Shown here piece after piece: positions 56,117-64,000 of a stretch of DNA of 64,000 nucleotides (position 1 is its first letter; each line of letters starts with the position of its first letter). The notes beneath the pieces are model-generated. The model was not told the origin of the DNA. It worked only from the letters and a program-made list of their open reading frames with translations, and did no database searches. A program made the translations under genes and the position numbers. This DNA is from a virus: the IMG/VR virus record IMGVR_UViG_3300044981_000152, positions 1 through 64,000 of that record, one strand, 5' to 3'.

Positions 56117-56539
56117 TCATGAGCCGTACCCCTCGATCGCGTTCCGCTCGGCCCGCTGCGTGGCGCCGATGCTCCGGCAGGTGTCCCAGTCGTCCTTCAG
56201 CAGGCGGAGCACTTCCTTCGCCGCGTCCAGCTCAGCCTTAAGCGCGTCGGCGGCGAACACAGCCCCCGCCGCGGCGAGGCGCGACGCCTGGTCTCGCTGC
56301 TGCTGCGGCCCGTCGGCGGACATGAACTCCTCGGCCCGGACGATCGTGGCGACCTTGACCGCCTCGGCGACATCGGTCTGGAGCTGCCGGATCTCCTCGA
56401 TCTTGTCCCGTCGCATCCGCTGGATCGCGACCATCACCTGGGCGATCTCGCGCGGGCCCAGGTCTTCCGCCTGCCGCCCGCGCGGATGCTCGCCGGGCGA
56501 CAGGATGCGCTCGATCGCGACGGCTTCCAGGGTGGTCAC
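56117..56539 (-). CDS. Helical hypothetical protein following recT
   Basis: GTGA overlap with recT. Coiled-coil-like. Confidence 0.7.
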   Translation of the reverse strand: MTTLEAVAIERILSPGEHPRGRQAEDLGPREIAQVMVAIQRMRRDKIEEIRQLQTDVAEAVKVATIVRAEEFMSADGPQQQRDQASRLAAAGAVFAADALKAELDAAKEVLRLLKDDWDTCRSIGATQRAERNAIEGYGS

Positions 56540-57462
56540 GCGGGCTCGCTCCCCGGCACGAACCCCTCCGGCCAGCCGTCCTCCGGGGTGCTCCTGGCGG
56601 GGTTGCCGAGGTCTTCATCCGCTGCGTCATCATCAGCGACCTGGCCGGGCAGCACGCGGGGCGGCCGCTCGGTCACTTCCCCGGCGTTCGCGGTCGGCGT
56701 GAGGTCGACCCGGATGCCGTTGTCCGCCTGCATCGCGGTGACCATCTCGGCGGACTTCGGGAGCAGCGCGAAGTTCCGCAGGATCATGGTCTTCTTCCCC
56801 ATGGGCAGGAAGTGGTCGGTCCAGGGGCCGACGATCTTCCCGTTCTGGTTCCGCGGCGCATGCCTGTCCCGGTGCTGCTGCATCTCCTCAACTGACCAGG
56901 GGTCGGTGAGGGAGTAGCCGCCGCCGATGACCCGGGCGACCGAGTAGAAGCACACCGGATCACCGTGCAGGCCGCGGTAGGAGGGCTTGTGCAGGAGCTT
57001 GTCGCCGTCCTCGTGGAACTCGATGTCGAACTCTTCGCCCTCGTAGACGACCCGCGACGCGATCCCGGCGAGCTTGCCCGACCGGTAGCCGAGCTCGATG
57101 TACCCCTTGTAGCCGACGACGAGCTGGGCGCGATGCCGGCGCTGGGCGTTGTCCCAGTACGGAAGCGGCCACGCGTGCCCGAGACTGGCCACGCCGGGCC
57201 GCAGGTCAAGCTGGGCGCACGTCATCAGCGACCCGAGGAAGCTTTCCGGGTCGCACTTGTCGAGGTTCTTGATGGTCCGCAGGCACGTCATCGCGTCGCG
57301 GACAAGCTGGGTCGCCTCGCGGCCCTTCGGCATGGCCGCCTGGAATTCCGGGGTCATCCGCTCAAGCTGCTGCGCGAGCGTCCTGACCTGCTCGGGCTCG
57401 GAGCCGTTCCCGTTGCTGCCGTTGCGCTGGGCTGCTGCCCGCGCGGCTAGTTCTCGTCCCAT
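56536..57462 (-). CDS. recT: RecT-family single-strand annealing protein
   Basis: C...S.LGSLM.CAQL.L.PG..LGHA...P, GYKGYIEL..RSG, GPW..HF..M.KKT. Confidence 0.95.
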   Translation of the reverse strand: MGRELAARAAAQRNGSNGNGSEPEQVRTLAQQLERMTPEFQAAMPKGREATQLVRDAMTCLRTIKNLDKCDPESFLGSLMTCAQLDLRPGVASLGHAWPLPYWDNAQRRHRAQLVVGYKGYIELGYRSGKLAGIASRVVYEGEEFDIEFHEDGDKLLHKPSYRGLHGDPVCFYSVARVIGGGYSLTDPWSVEEMQQHRDRHAPRNQNGKIVGPWTDHFLPMGKKTMILRNFALLPKSAEMVTAMQADNGIRVDLTPTANAGEVTERPPRVLPGQVADDDAADEDLGNPARSTPEDGWPEGFVPGSEPA

Positions 57463-57464
57463 GG

Positions 57465-58442
57465 TTACGCATCCCCCTTGAGCGTGACGTTGAACTGGCG
57501 GAATCCCTTGTCCGTGACGACCTCAGCGGCCACGTCGGGATACTTCTCGCGCAGGACCGCGATTCCTTCCTTCGGGACGCTGGTCTTGCTGCGGTTCGCC
57601 CACCGGGCGACGGTCTCGCCCTCGTACGTGGCCGTCCCGGCGTCGCCCATGGCGGCGGTGATGAGCGCCTTGATCTCGTTCTTCCGGCCCTTGGCGGCGC
57701 TCTCGTTGGCGAGCTCCTTGCGGTACTCGCGCAGCAGGGCCACGTCGGCGGCGGACAATTCCGCCGTCTTGCCGTCGTCCGCCTCGGGGTACAGGCGCGC
57801 GATCAGGTCGGCCGACGCGCGGCCTTCGAGGGCGGGCGGGGTGCGGGCCTCGACCAGGTGCCAGAACTCTTCCTCGCACGCGGTCAGGTCGGCGATGAAC
57901 GCCTCGTCCCGCTCGATCCGGCGGATGACCGGGGGCTGCCCGCCGACCTGCGCGGCCAGCCATGCGTGCGGCAGGCCGGTGACCGCCATGGCGTGCTGGG
58001 CCTGCGCCTCGGCGCCGTCGGCGACGATCTCGCCCTCGCCGTCTTCCCACTCGCCGCGGCGGTGGTAGTTCGTGTTCTTGATCTCCAGGATGCCGCCGTC
58101 GGCCGTGAGCCGGTCGACGGACACCCGCTGCCACGTCCGCTCGGCGTGCTGCATGAGCCCGCAGCGGCGGGCGCTGACGCCGGTCTTGAACGTGAACCAC
58201 TCGGCGATGGGCCCCTCGACGTAGTTGCCCCAGGCCATGCCGTCGGTCTGCTCGCGCTCACCCCGGTCGTCGCCGGTCTTGTCGAGGTAGACCTCCATGC
58301 GGGTCTTCCACGGGTCCAGGCCCAGGACCGCGAGGGCGTCGCTGCCGCCGATGCCGTCCCGCCGCAGCCTCAGCCACTCCTCGCGGGGCGTGTCGTAGCG
58401 GGCCACCAGGATGCCGGCCGGCGTGACCTTGCGCCCGGTCAT
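57465..58442 (-). CDS. YqaJ-like (RecE/lambda-Exo type) exonuclease
   Basis: WL..RR.GIGGSD...LG..PW, SVDR, LEIK, Q.QH.MAVTG. Confidence 0.93.
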   Translation of the reverse strand: MTGRKVTPAGILVARYDTPREEWLRLRRDGIGGSDALAVLGLDPWKTRMEVYLDKTGDDRGEREQTDGMAWGNYVEGPIAEWFTFKTGVSARRCGLMQHAERTWQRVSVDRLTADGGILEIKNTNYHRRGEWEDGEGEIVADGAEAQAQHAMAVTGLPHAWLAAQVGGQPPVIRRIERDEAFIADLTACEEEFWHLVEARTPPALEGRASADLIARLYPEADDGKTAELSAADVALLREYRKELANESAAKGRKNEIKALITAAMGDAGTATYEGETVARWANRSKTSVPKEGIAVLREKYPDVAAEVVTDKGFRQFNVTLKGDA

Positions 58443-59965
58443 GACGCACCGCCTGCGGCTGCCCGACCCTCGGCCGACGTGAGCACCTCGGCCAGGGGGG
58501 ATCTGCCCGCGGTGACGTACGCCGGGTCGATCTCGCGGGTCACGAACTCGGCGAAGCGGTCCGCGTCGTCCTTGCCGTCCACGATCCAGGCCGCGACCAC
58601 GCGCTGGAGCTTGGCGGCCTCGGCGTACCCGATCTGCCACGCTTCCTCGGCCACGTGGCGGGCCATGACGGCAGGGTCGGGATGGGTGCCGCGTTCCACG
58701 GCGAGGTCCAGCTGGAAACTCGCCGGGCCAGTGTGCGAGGTCTCGTCGCCGGGCCGCGCGCCGCCGGTCAGGATCACGACGTACTGGCCGCTCATGCCGC
58801 TGTCTCCCGGTCGTTCCGGGGCTCGCACCCCGGGAACACGCGGATCAGCTCAGCCGTCCAGTACGCGACGTGCTCAGCGGCCCGCTCCAGGGCCGTGTGC
58901 AGCGCCTCCGGGTCACCCTTGAGGTCGTCCCATTCGGATGCGGGGTGGATGAGGTCACGCGAGAGCGCGTCGTACAGGTCCAGGGCGTCCTGCAGCGCGC
59001 CGGCCTCGGCCTTCGCGGCATCGCGGACGCTGGCGGGCCATTCGGGGCTGGTGGCGCGGGCGAGGACCAGGAGCCCGTACGCGACGGTCTCGCGGCGGCA
59101 CTCCGGGGTGATCGCCCCGGTCCCGTTGATGATCATGCTGCCTGCCCCTCCCGCCGCCGTTCGGCCTCCACCTGGTGCATGGCGAACGCGATAGCCCGGC
59201 GTACCCCGACGGCGGTCTCGTCGAGTTCCTCGTGGATGCTGCGGCGGGCCTTGCGGACGTAGGCGTGGATGTCCTCGTACCACCCGTCGCGGATGTCCTG
59301 CCCGAACCGCAGCCATACCGCGTCGTCGCCCGCGTACAGGACGACCCCGGTGCCGGGACGCTGCCCGTACTTGTGGTAGTCGCACCGGCACGGCGGCTCC
59401 GGCTCGGGGGCGGGGCTGCCGGTGACGGCCAGGAACGGTCCCGTGTGATGCTCGGCGTAGCCTCCCGCCATCGCTGCCGCGTGCTGCGGTACCGGCACGG
59501 CCGGGTACTCGTGCGCTACTTCCGGCAGGGGGACGAGCACGCCCGCGGCGGACACGGCACGACCCGCGGCCGGCGTCGTCGTGCGCGCGGAGCGGAACCG
59601 GCGGGGCCTGCGGCGGCTCATGACGCCGCCTGCCCGGTGAGCGCGGCGAACGCGGCGTCATGGTCGGGGGTGTAGTGCGCGTCGACGGTCAGCGACTCGC
59701 CGTCCTGGGTCCACCGGCGCTGGGCGAAGTACGTCTCGTTGCGGAAGTCCAGCGGGACGCCGAGCCAGTCGGCGATGGCCTGCGCTTTCGCGAGGCGCTC
59801 GGCGGGGGTGCCGTCGGCGATCTTGATGCTGATGACGGCATCGAGCTTGGGCCGTCCGTCCGGGTGGTTATCCCAGTAGGCGGAGACCTCGGCGAGGACG
59901 ATGCTGCCCCCGGAGGTCCCGTTCCCGGTCGCGAGGGACTTCTCGCGTTCAGTCAAGCCGATCAT
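58439..59965 (-). CDS. Four small early genes (58439-58795, 58792-59136, 59133-59621, 59618-59965)
   Basis: ATGA-coupled chain downstream of cro. Confidence 0.65.
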
Positions 59966-60067
59966 GTCTCGTTCTCCGTTTCCGATATCGGTCTGTTATC
60001 CTTTGGTTGTCCGTTCTCCGGACATCCCGCCCCGCTGCGTCACCAGCGGGGCGAAGTTCCCTCTTTG

Positions 60068-60388
60068 CTAGGCCGCCGCCCCGTTCACCTGGGGCGGGCA
60101 CTCGTGGCCGGGCTCCCACAGGCTGCTGCACCCGACGCATACGGTCGCGAGGCGCGTGCCGGGCCGGCCGTCCTTGCGCTCCAGCGATTCCCCGGAGCAG
60201 CCGAAGACTTCCGCCAGCCGGGCGATCATCGCGGGATGGGCGTTGCGGGTGCCGCTCTCGATCATGCTGACCAGGGCGAGGGATACGCCGAGCCGCCGCG
60301 CCACGTCGCTCTTGGTCAGGCCGGCCTGCTTGCGTGCCCAGGTCACGGCCTGCGGCTCGTGGTCGAAGACTGGCTTGGGGTTGCCCAT
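60068..60388 (-). CDS. Cro-like XRE HTH regulator
   Basis: RKQAGLTKSDVARRLGVS...VSMIESG.R. First gene of the leftward operon. Confidence 0.88.
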   Translation of the reverse strand: MGNPKPVFDHEPQAVTWARKQAGLTKSDVARRLGVSLALVSMIESGTRNAHPAMIARLAEVFGCSGESLERKDGRPGTRLATVCVGCSSLWEPGHECPPQVNGAAA

Positions 60389-60395
60389 GACGGGA

Positions 60396-60424
60396 ACAAT
60401 AGTGTGAAGGGACGTTATATGCAA
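60396..60424 (-). promoter_or_regulatory. Leftward early promoter (leaderless)
   Basis: TTGCAT-17nt-TATTGT-7nt-ATG. A GTGAAGG half-site lies in the spacer. Confidence 0.75.
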
Positions 60425-60557
60425 GTACCTACCGGCACCTTCTCGCACCTTTTTCACAAGCCCTTCACAGACCTGCGCCGAAGTGTTACCGTCACGGGCG
60501 GGCGGGATACGCGCACCTGGTAGACACCTGGTGTGAACCTATGTGAAGGTAGACCGC

Positions 60558-61244
60558 ATGGATACGCGCCCGCCACAGCCCCCCGAAGGCCGTCTCATAG
60601 GCGATGCAGCCGAACGCCTCGACCTCTCCATCAGGGAAGCAGCCCGCCGCGCCGGCATCTCCTACGGCCGCTGGCGCCAGATCGTCCAGGGCTACCAGAA
60701 CGTCTCCCCCGGCAACTACGCGATAGTCCGCATACCCGACACCGGACGCGCGGCCAGGACCCTGGCGAAGATGGCGGCAGTCGCCGGCGTCACGCCCGAG
60801 CAGATGGAGACCATCGGGCAGCGTCCCGCCATAGCCGAGGTGATGCGCAGCCTGCCGGGCGCCCCGCGCCCTGTGCTCGCCGGCGAGTCCCCTCCTGACG
60901 CCCCGCCCGGCTTCATCAGCCGGGAGGCAGAGGAGGCAGCGCGGCCGTTCAGGGACGAGATCTGGCTGCGGCGCGGCGAGTGGAGAGAAAAGTACGCCTC
61001 CGCCCATCCCGGCATCGCCCCCAGCGACATCCCGGAGCCGCCCGGTGCCGCCCTGTTCGGCGAGGGCAGCCCTGACGCCCAGGACTGGGACCGCATGGGG
61101 AGCCGCGGCCTCGACCTCCAGGGGCGCATATGGGTCCTCGCCGCCACGCAGGTCCACGAGGCCAGGGCAAAGGACCGGGAAGCGGCCGGGTTAACCGGCC
61201 CGGTTCGCAGCAAGCCTCGGCAGCGTCGTATTACCGCGCGGTAA
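60558..61244 (+). CDS. Immunity repressor-like HTH protein
   Basis: LSIREAARRAGISYGRWRQI..G HTH, divergent from cro. Confidence 0.8.
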   Translation: MDTRPPQPPEGRLIGDAAERLDLSIREAARRAGISYGRWRQIVQGYQNVSPGNYAIVRIPDTGRAARTLAKMAAVAGVTPEQMETIGQRPAIAEVMRSLPGAPRPVLAGESPPDAPPGFISREAEEAARPFRDEIWLRRGEWREKYASAHPGIAPSDIPEPPGAALFGEGSPDAQDWDRMGSRGLDLQGRIWVLAATQVHEARAKDREAAGLTGPVRSKPRQRRITAR

Positions 61245-61299
61245 CGATACCGGCACGGACATAAGTGACCGCCTGCCGGCTATTGCCGGGCTGCGGACT

Positions 61300-62388
61300 G
61301 TGACACGAGGATTTCTGGTCTACTGGTGCAATGAGAGGGGCACGCTTAGCTCCGAGGAGCGGCGGGCAACGCAAGTTCAAGGGGAGGGCCTGGCGATGAT
61401 GCCGGAGGTTGGCGCACGCGACGGCACGGCGGCAGCGGATTGCGGAGAAGTGGCCCGGCGGATGCAGGTGCGGGAGGATCAGTACGCTGCCCTGCTCGCC
61501 GCCATCGTCGCCGACCCGGACCGGCCGGACCTGGCCCGGTGCCTGTCGCGCCAGACGGCGACGGACCGGGAGCTGCGCGCGTGGCTGGCTGGCCACGAGG
61601 CCGCCGACGCCTACGCTGAGTCCGTAGCCCGGCGGGCCTACGAGCGGGGCCGCGCCGACGAGCGCGCCGCCCAGGCGCAGCGCAAGGGCCGCCACGCCGC
61701 CGTCCCGGCTCAGCGCAGCTTCTTTCCCAGGTTGGTCCAGGGGATCGCCGGGCTGCCGCTCCTGGCCAAGCTAAGTCTCGGCTTCGGCGCTGCCGCGGTA
61801 GTCGCGGCGGGCGGCGCCGGGATCGCAGCGCATACCGTCCTCGCGCATCCCTCCGCCGCCGCAGCAGCCCCGGCCGCCGCCGCGCCGAGCTATGACACCG
61901 TGGCCACGCCGCTCCCGCCCCCGTCCTCGTCGCCAGCCGCTCTTACCCATCCGAAGGTGGACGCTGCGAGAGCGGGCCAGCTCCCCGTGCCCGTCATCAC
62001 GCTCCCGTCCTTCGCTACGACCCCGGCGGCGTCCGCATCCCCACCTGCGCCATCGCCGCAGCCGCCCGCCGCCGGCACGCTCACCGCGTCCACGACGTTC
62101 ATCGACCTCGGCGCGGGGGACCTCCCCCAGTTCGCGATCACGGCGCAGGGCGGCAGGGTCGCATGGGCGGCGAACTGCACCGGCCAGGTACTGGCCTGCA
62201 GCAGCACGAGCGGGCTGCTCGAGGACGGCGGCACGGTCACCGTCGGGATCACGGTCAGCCCCGACGCGCTGCTCAGCGGGGGGGCGGCCGTGATCATCGT
62301 GGACCCGGGGCACATCCGGGTCACCGTGACCTGGCCGGCCGCCCCGGTCCCGTCCGTGAGCGATACGCCGACGCCTTCGTCCTCCTGA
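61300..62388 (+). CDS. Membrane-anchored protein: cytoplasmic N-terminus, TM, Pro/Ser linker, Ig/BACON-like domain (start uncertain)
   Basis: One hydrophobic helix, and L..S...DLG....F.ITA.GG.V.W...SG.L..G..VTV.ITV. Confidence 0.65.
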   Translation: MTRGFLVYWCNERGTLSSEERRATQVQGEGLAMMPEVGARDGTAAADCGEVARRMQVREDQYAALLAAIVADPDRPDLARCLSRQTATDRELRAWLAGHEAADAYAESVARRAYERGRADERAAQAQRKGRHAAVPAQRSFFPRLVQGIAGLPLLAKLSLGFGAAAVVAAGGAGIAAHTVLAHPSAAAAAPAAAAPSYDTVATPLPPPSSSPAALTHPKVDAARAGQLPVPVITLPSFATTPAASASPPAPSPQPPAAGTLTASTTFIDLGAGDLPQFAITAQGGRVAWAANCTGQVLACSSTSGLLEDGGTVTVGITVSPDALLSGGAAVIIVDPGHIRVTVTWPAAPVPSVSDTPTPSSS

Positions 62389-62424
62389 ACCGGGGCCGCC
62401 CGCTGCTGCGCTAGCCTTCCCTCC

Positions 62425-63708
62425 GTGAGCCACCCGATCACGCCCGCCCCAGCGCCGGACCGCCCGGCCGCCTCCGACCTGATCACCGTCCTGCGGGACA
62501 AGGCTCCCAGGCTGGCGATGACGCTGGCCGCCGGGCAGATGGCGTGGCCGCTGGCCGCCCGCCTGCGCGCCCGCGCCCGCGAGATGCGCGCCTACACGGT
62601 CAAGGTGCCCGGTTCGGATGACATCTACGACGACCTCCACGAGTGGGTGCTCGGCCGGCTGGCACCGAGGGAGCAGCGCGCCCTGGTCGCGTGGTCCTCC
62701 AGGCGGGGCATGCTGATGGAGGCGGCCAGCATCGGCGGCCGGCCTCGCGAGCCCGAGCCCCCGTCGCTTCGGCTGCGCTACGACGGCACCCGCGAGCAGG
62801 CCATCACCGCCGGCGGCCACAAGGTCAAGGTGGTCGTGGCCGAAGGCGTCCAGGGCAAGGATGAAAGCACCTACTGGAAGCCGCCCGAGATCGTGTTCAC
62901 CGCATCGTCGGCTGCGGGCCGTGACGCGCTCCTGGCCGAGATCCGGCGCGTGCTGGCCCGCTCCCGCAGCCGCGAGCGCAGGCCGTCGTTCCGCATGCTG
63001 AACTCCTGGGGCGAGTGGGAGAAGCTCGACGACCTGCCGCCCCGGACCCTGGACAGCGTGGTCCTCCCGGACGGGCAGCTGGAGCGGCTCACCGCCGATG
63101 TCGGCCGCTGGCTGGCCAGCGAGCAGGACTACCTCCGCCGCTGCGTCCCGTGGCATCGCGGCCACCTGTACGAGGGGGCGCCCGGAACCGGCAAGACGTC
63201 GGTGGCCCGGGCCATCGCCAGCCACTTCGGCATGGATGTCTGGTACCTGCCCCTGGCCGACGTGAAGAAGGACGGCGACCTGCTGCGGGTCGCATCCAGG
63301 GTCAGCCCCCGGTCCATGCTGCTGCTGGAAGACGCCGACGTGTTCCACGCCGCCACCAGGCGCGACGACGAGAACGGCGTGACGCTCTCCGGGCTGCTGA
63401 ACGCGCTCGACGGGATCGCCACCCCGCACGGGCTGCTCACCGTGCTGACGAGCAACAACCCCGGCGCCCTGGACTCGGCCGTCATCCGGGCCGGGCGGAT
63501 CGACCTGACTGAGCACTTCGGCACCGCCGACGCCATGCAGGTGAGCCGCCTGGTGTCGCGCTGGTACGGGGCGCCGGCCACGGTGCCGGGCGACGTCTGC
63601 GGGATCACCCCGGCCGACGTGATCGAGGCGTGCAAGCGGCACGACGACCCGGCTTCGGCCGTGGCCGACCTCGCCAGCCGGACCGCGGCGGCGGTAAGAG
63701 CAGCCTAA
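62425..63708 (+). CDS. BCS1-like AAA+ ATPase
   Basis: R.LDSVVL, PWHRGHLYEGAPGTGKTS, LLEDAD, VTLSGLLNALDG, LDSAVIRAGRID. TAGCCT-7nt-GTG start. Confidence 0.9.
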   Translation: MSHPITPAPAPDRPAASDLITVLRDKAPRLAMTLAAGQMAWPLAARLRARAREMRAYTVKVPGSDDIYDDLHEWVLGRLAPREQRALVAWSSRRGMLMEAASIGGRPREPEPPSLRLRYDGTREQAITAGGHKVKVVVAEGVQGKDESTYWKPPEIVFTASSAAGRDALLAEIRRVLARSRSRERRPSFRMLNSWGEWEKLDDLPPRTLDSVVLPDGQLERLTADVGRWLASEQDYLRRCVPWHRGHLYEGAPGTGKTSVARAIASHFGMDVWYLPLADVKKDGDLLRVASRVSPRSMLLLEDADVFHAATRRDDENGVTLSGLLNALDGIATPHGLLTVLTSNNPGALDSAVIRAGRIDLTEHFGTADAMQVSRLVSRWYGAPATVPGDVCGITPADVIEACKRHDDPASAVADLASRTAAAVRAA

Positions 63709-64000
63709 GCGCCGCAGCGGCACCGTCCCGCGCTGTCGTCCGGCATCATCGACGCCATCGCCGGGCAGCTCGCCTCATGCCGGAACGCGGGCATCTCGGT
63801 CACCGTCGTCCACGGCGGGTGATCGTATCCCCGCGGACGGGGGACGGCTGGCGGCGGTTCCGGCTGCCGGACCTCCCGCAGGAACGCCGCCGCAGCCGTG
63901 AACTCCCTGCGCGCCCACGCGATCACCAGCACCAGGACGGCGGCGAAGGCCGCCGCCGCGGCGATCCAGTCTCCGCGCCAGCCGAGCGCGCCAGCGGCAC
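63705..64000 (-). CDS. Small membrane protein, 5' end beyond the window
   Basis: Frame is open to the window edge, with a hydrophobic segment. Confidence 0.45.
   Translation of the reverse strand, partial: AAGALGWRGDWIAAAAAFAAVLVLVIAWARREFTAAAAFLREVRQPEPPPAVPRPRGYDHPPWTTVTEMPAFRHEASCPAMASMMPDDSAGRCRCGA

Overview
The whole window looks like part of a temperate, siphovirus-like phage of a very GC-rich actinomycete. It appears to be in the non-integrated state, because an attP-like 3' half of tRNA-Thr(CGT) has phage genes on both sides. From 1 to ~26.8 kb is the rightward late region: the capsid C-terminus, connectors, two paralogous tail-tube genes, a chaperone with a -1 slippery site, tape measure, fused tail-tip protein and beta-helix spike. 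The lysis cassette contains a minimal TVGYG K+ channel coupled to a GH25 endolysin, followed by a second repeat-rich structural module. Small antisense, apparently leaderless genes are interleaved throughout. From 27 to 34 kb lie a secreted protein, an SNF2-helicase/N4-N6 methyltransferase fusion, an omegaRNA-IscB element, xis, a tyrosine integrase and attP. From 35.9 to 60.4 kb is the leftward early region: many small ORFs including a ubiquitin-like protein, WhiB, DUF2303, DnaB, a DnaC-like loader, a replication initiator with iterons, a C5 methyltransferase, ParB, LAGLIDADG, Gp37/Gp68, HNH, RecT, YqaJ and Cro. From 60.5 to 64 kb are the repressor, a membrane-anchored protein and a BCS1-like AAA ATPase. 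Top candidates for novelty: (1) a transposase-less IscB that seems to use the orphaned start of the gene it invaded as its guide while supplying a replacement start, i.e. RNA-guided homing; (2) a LAGLIDADG doing the mirror-image trick at a gene 3' end; (3) a K+ channel in the lysis cassette; (4) a stand-alone ubiquitin-like protein; (5) a repeat-peptide scaffold paired with small beta-rich subunits. All family assignments come from motif recognition by eye, not database searches.
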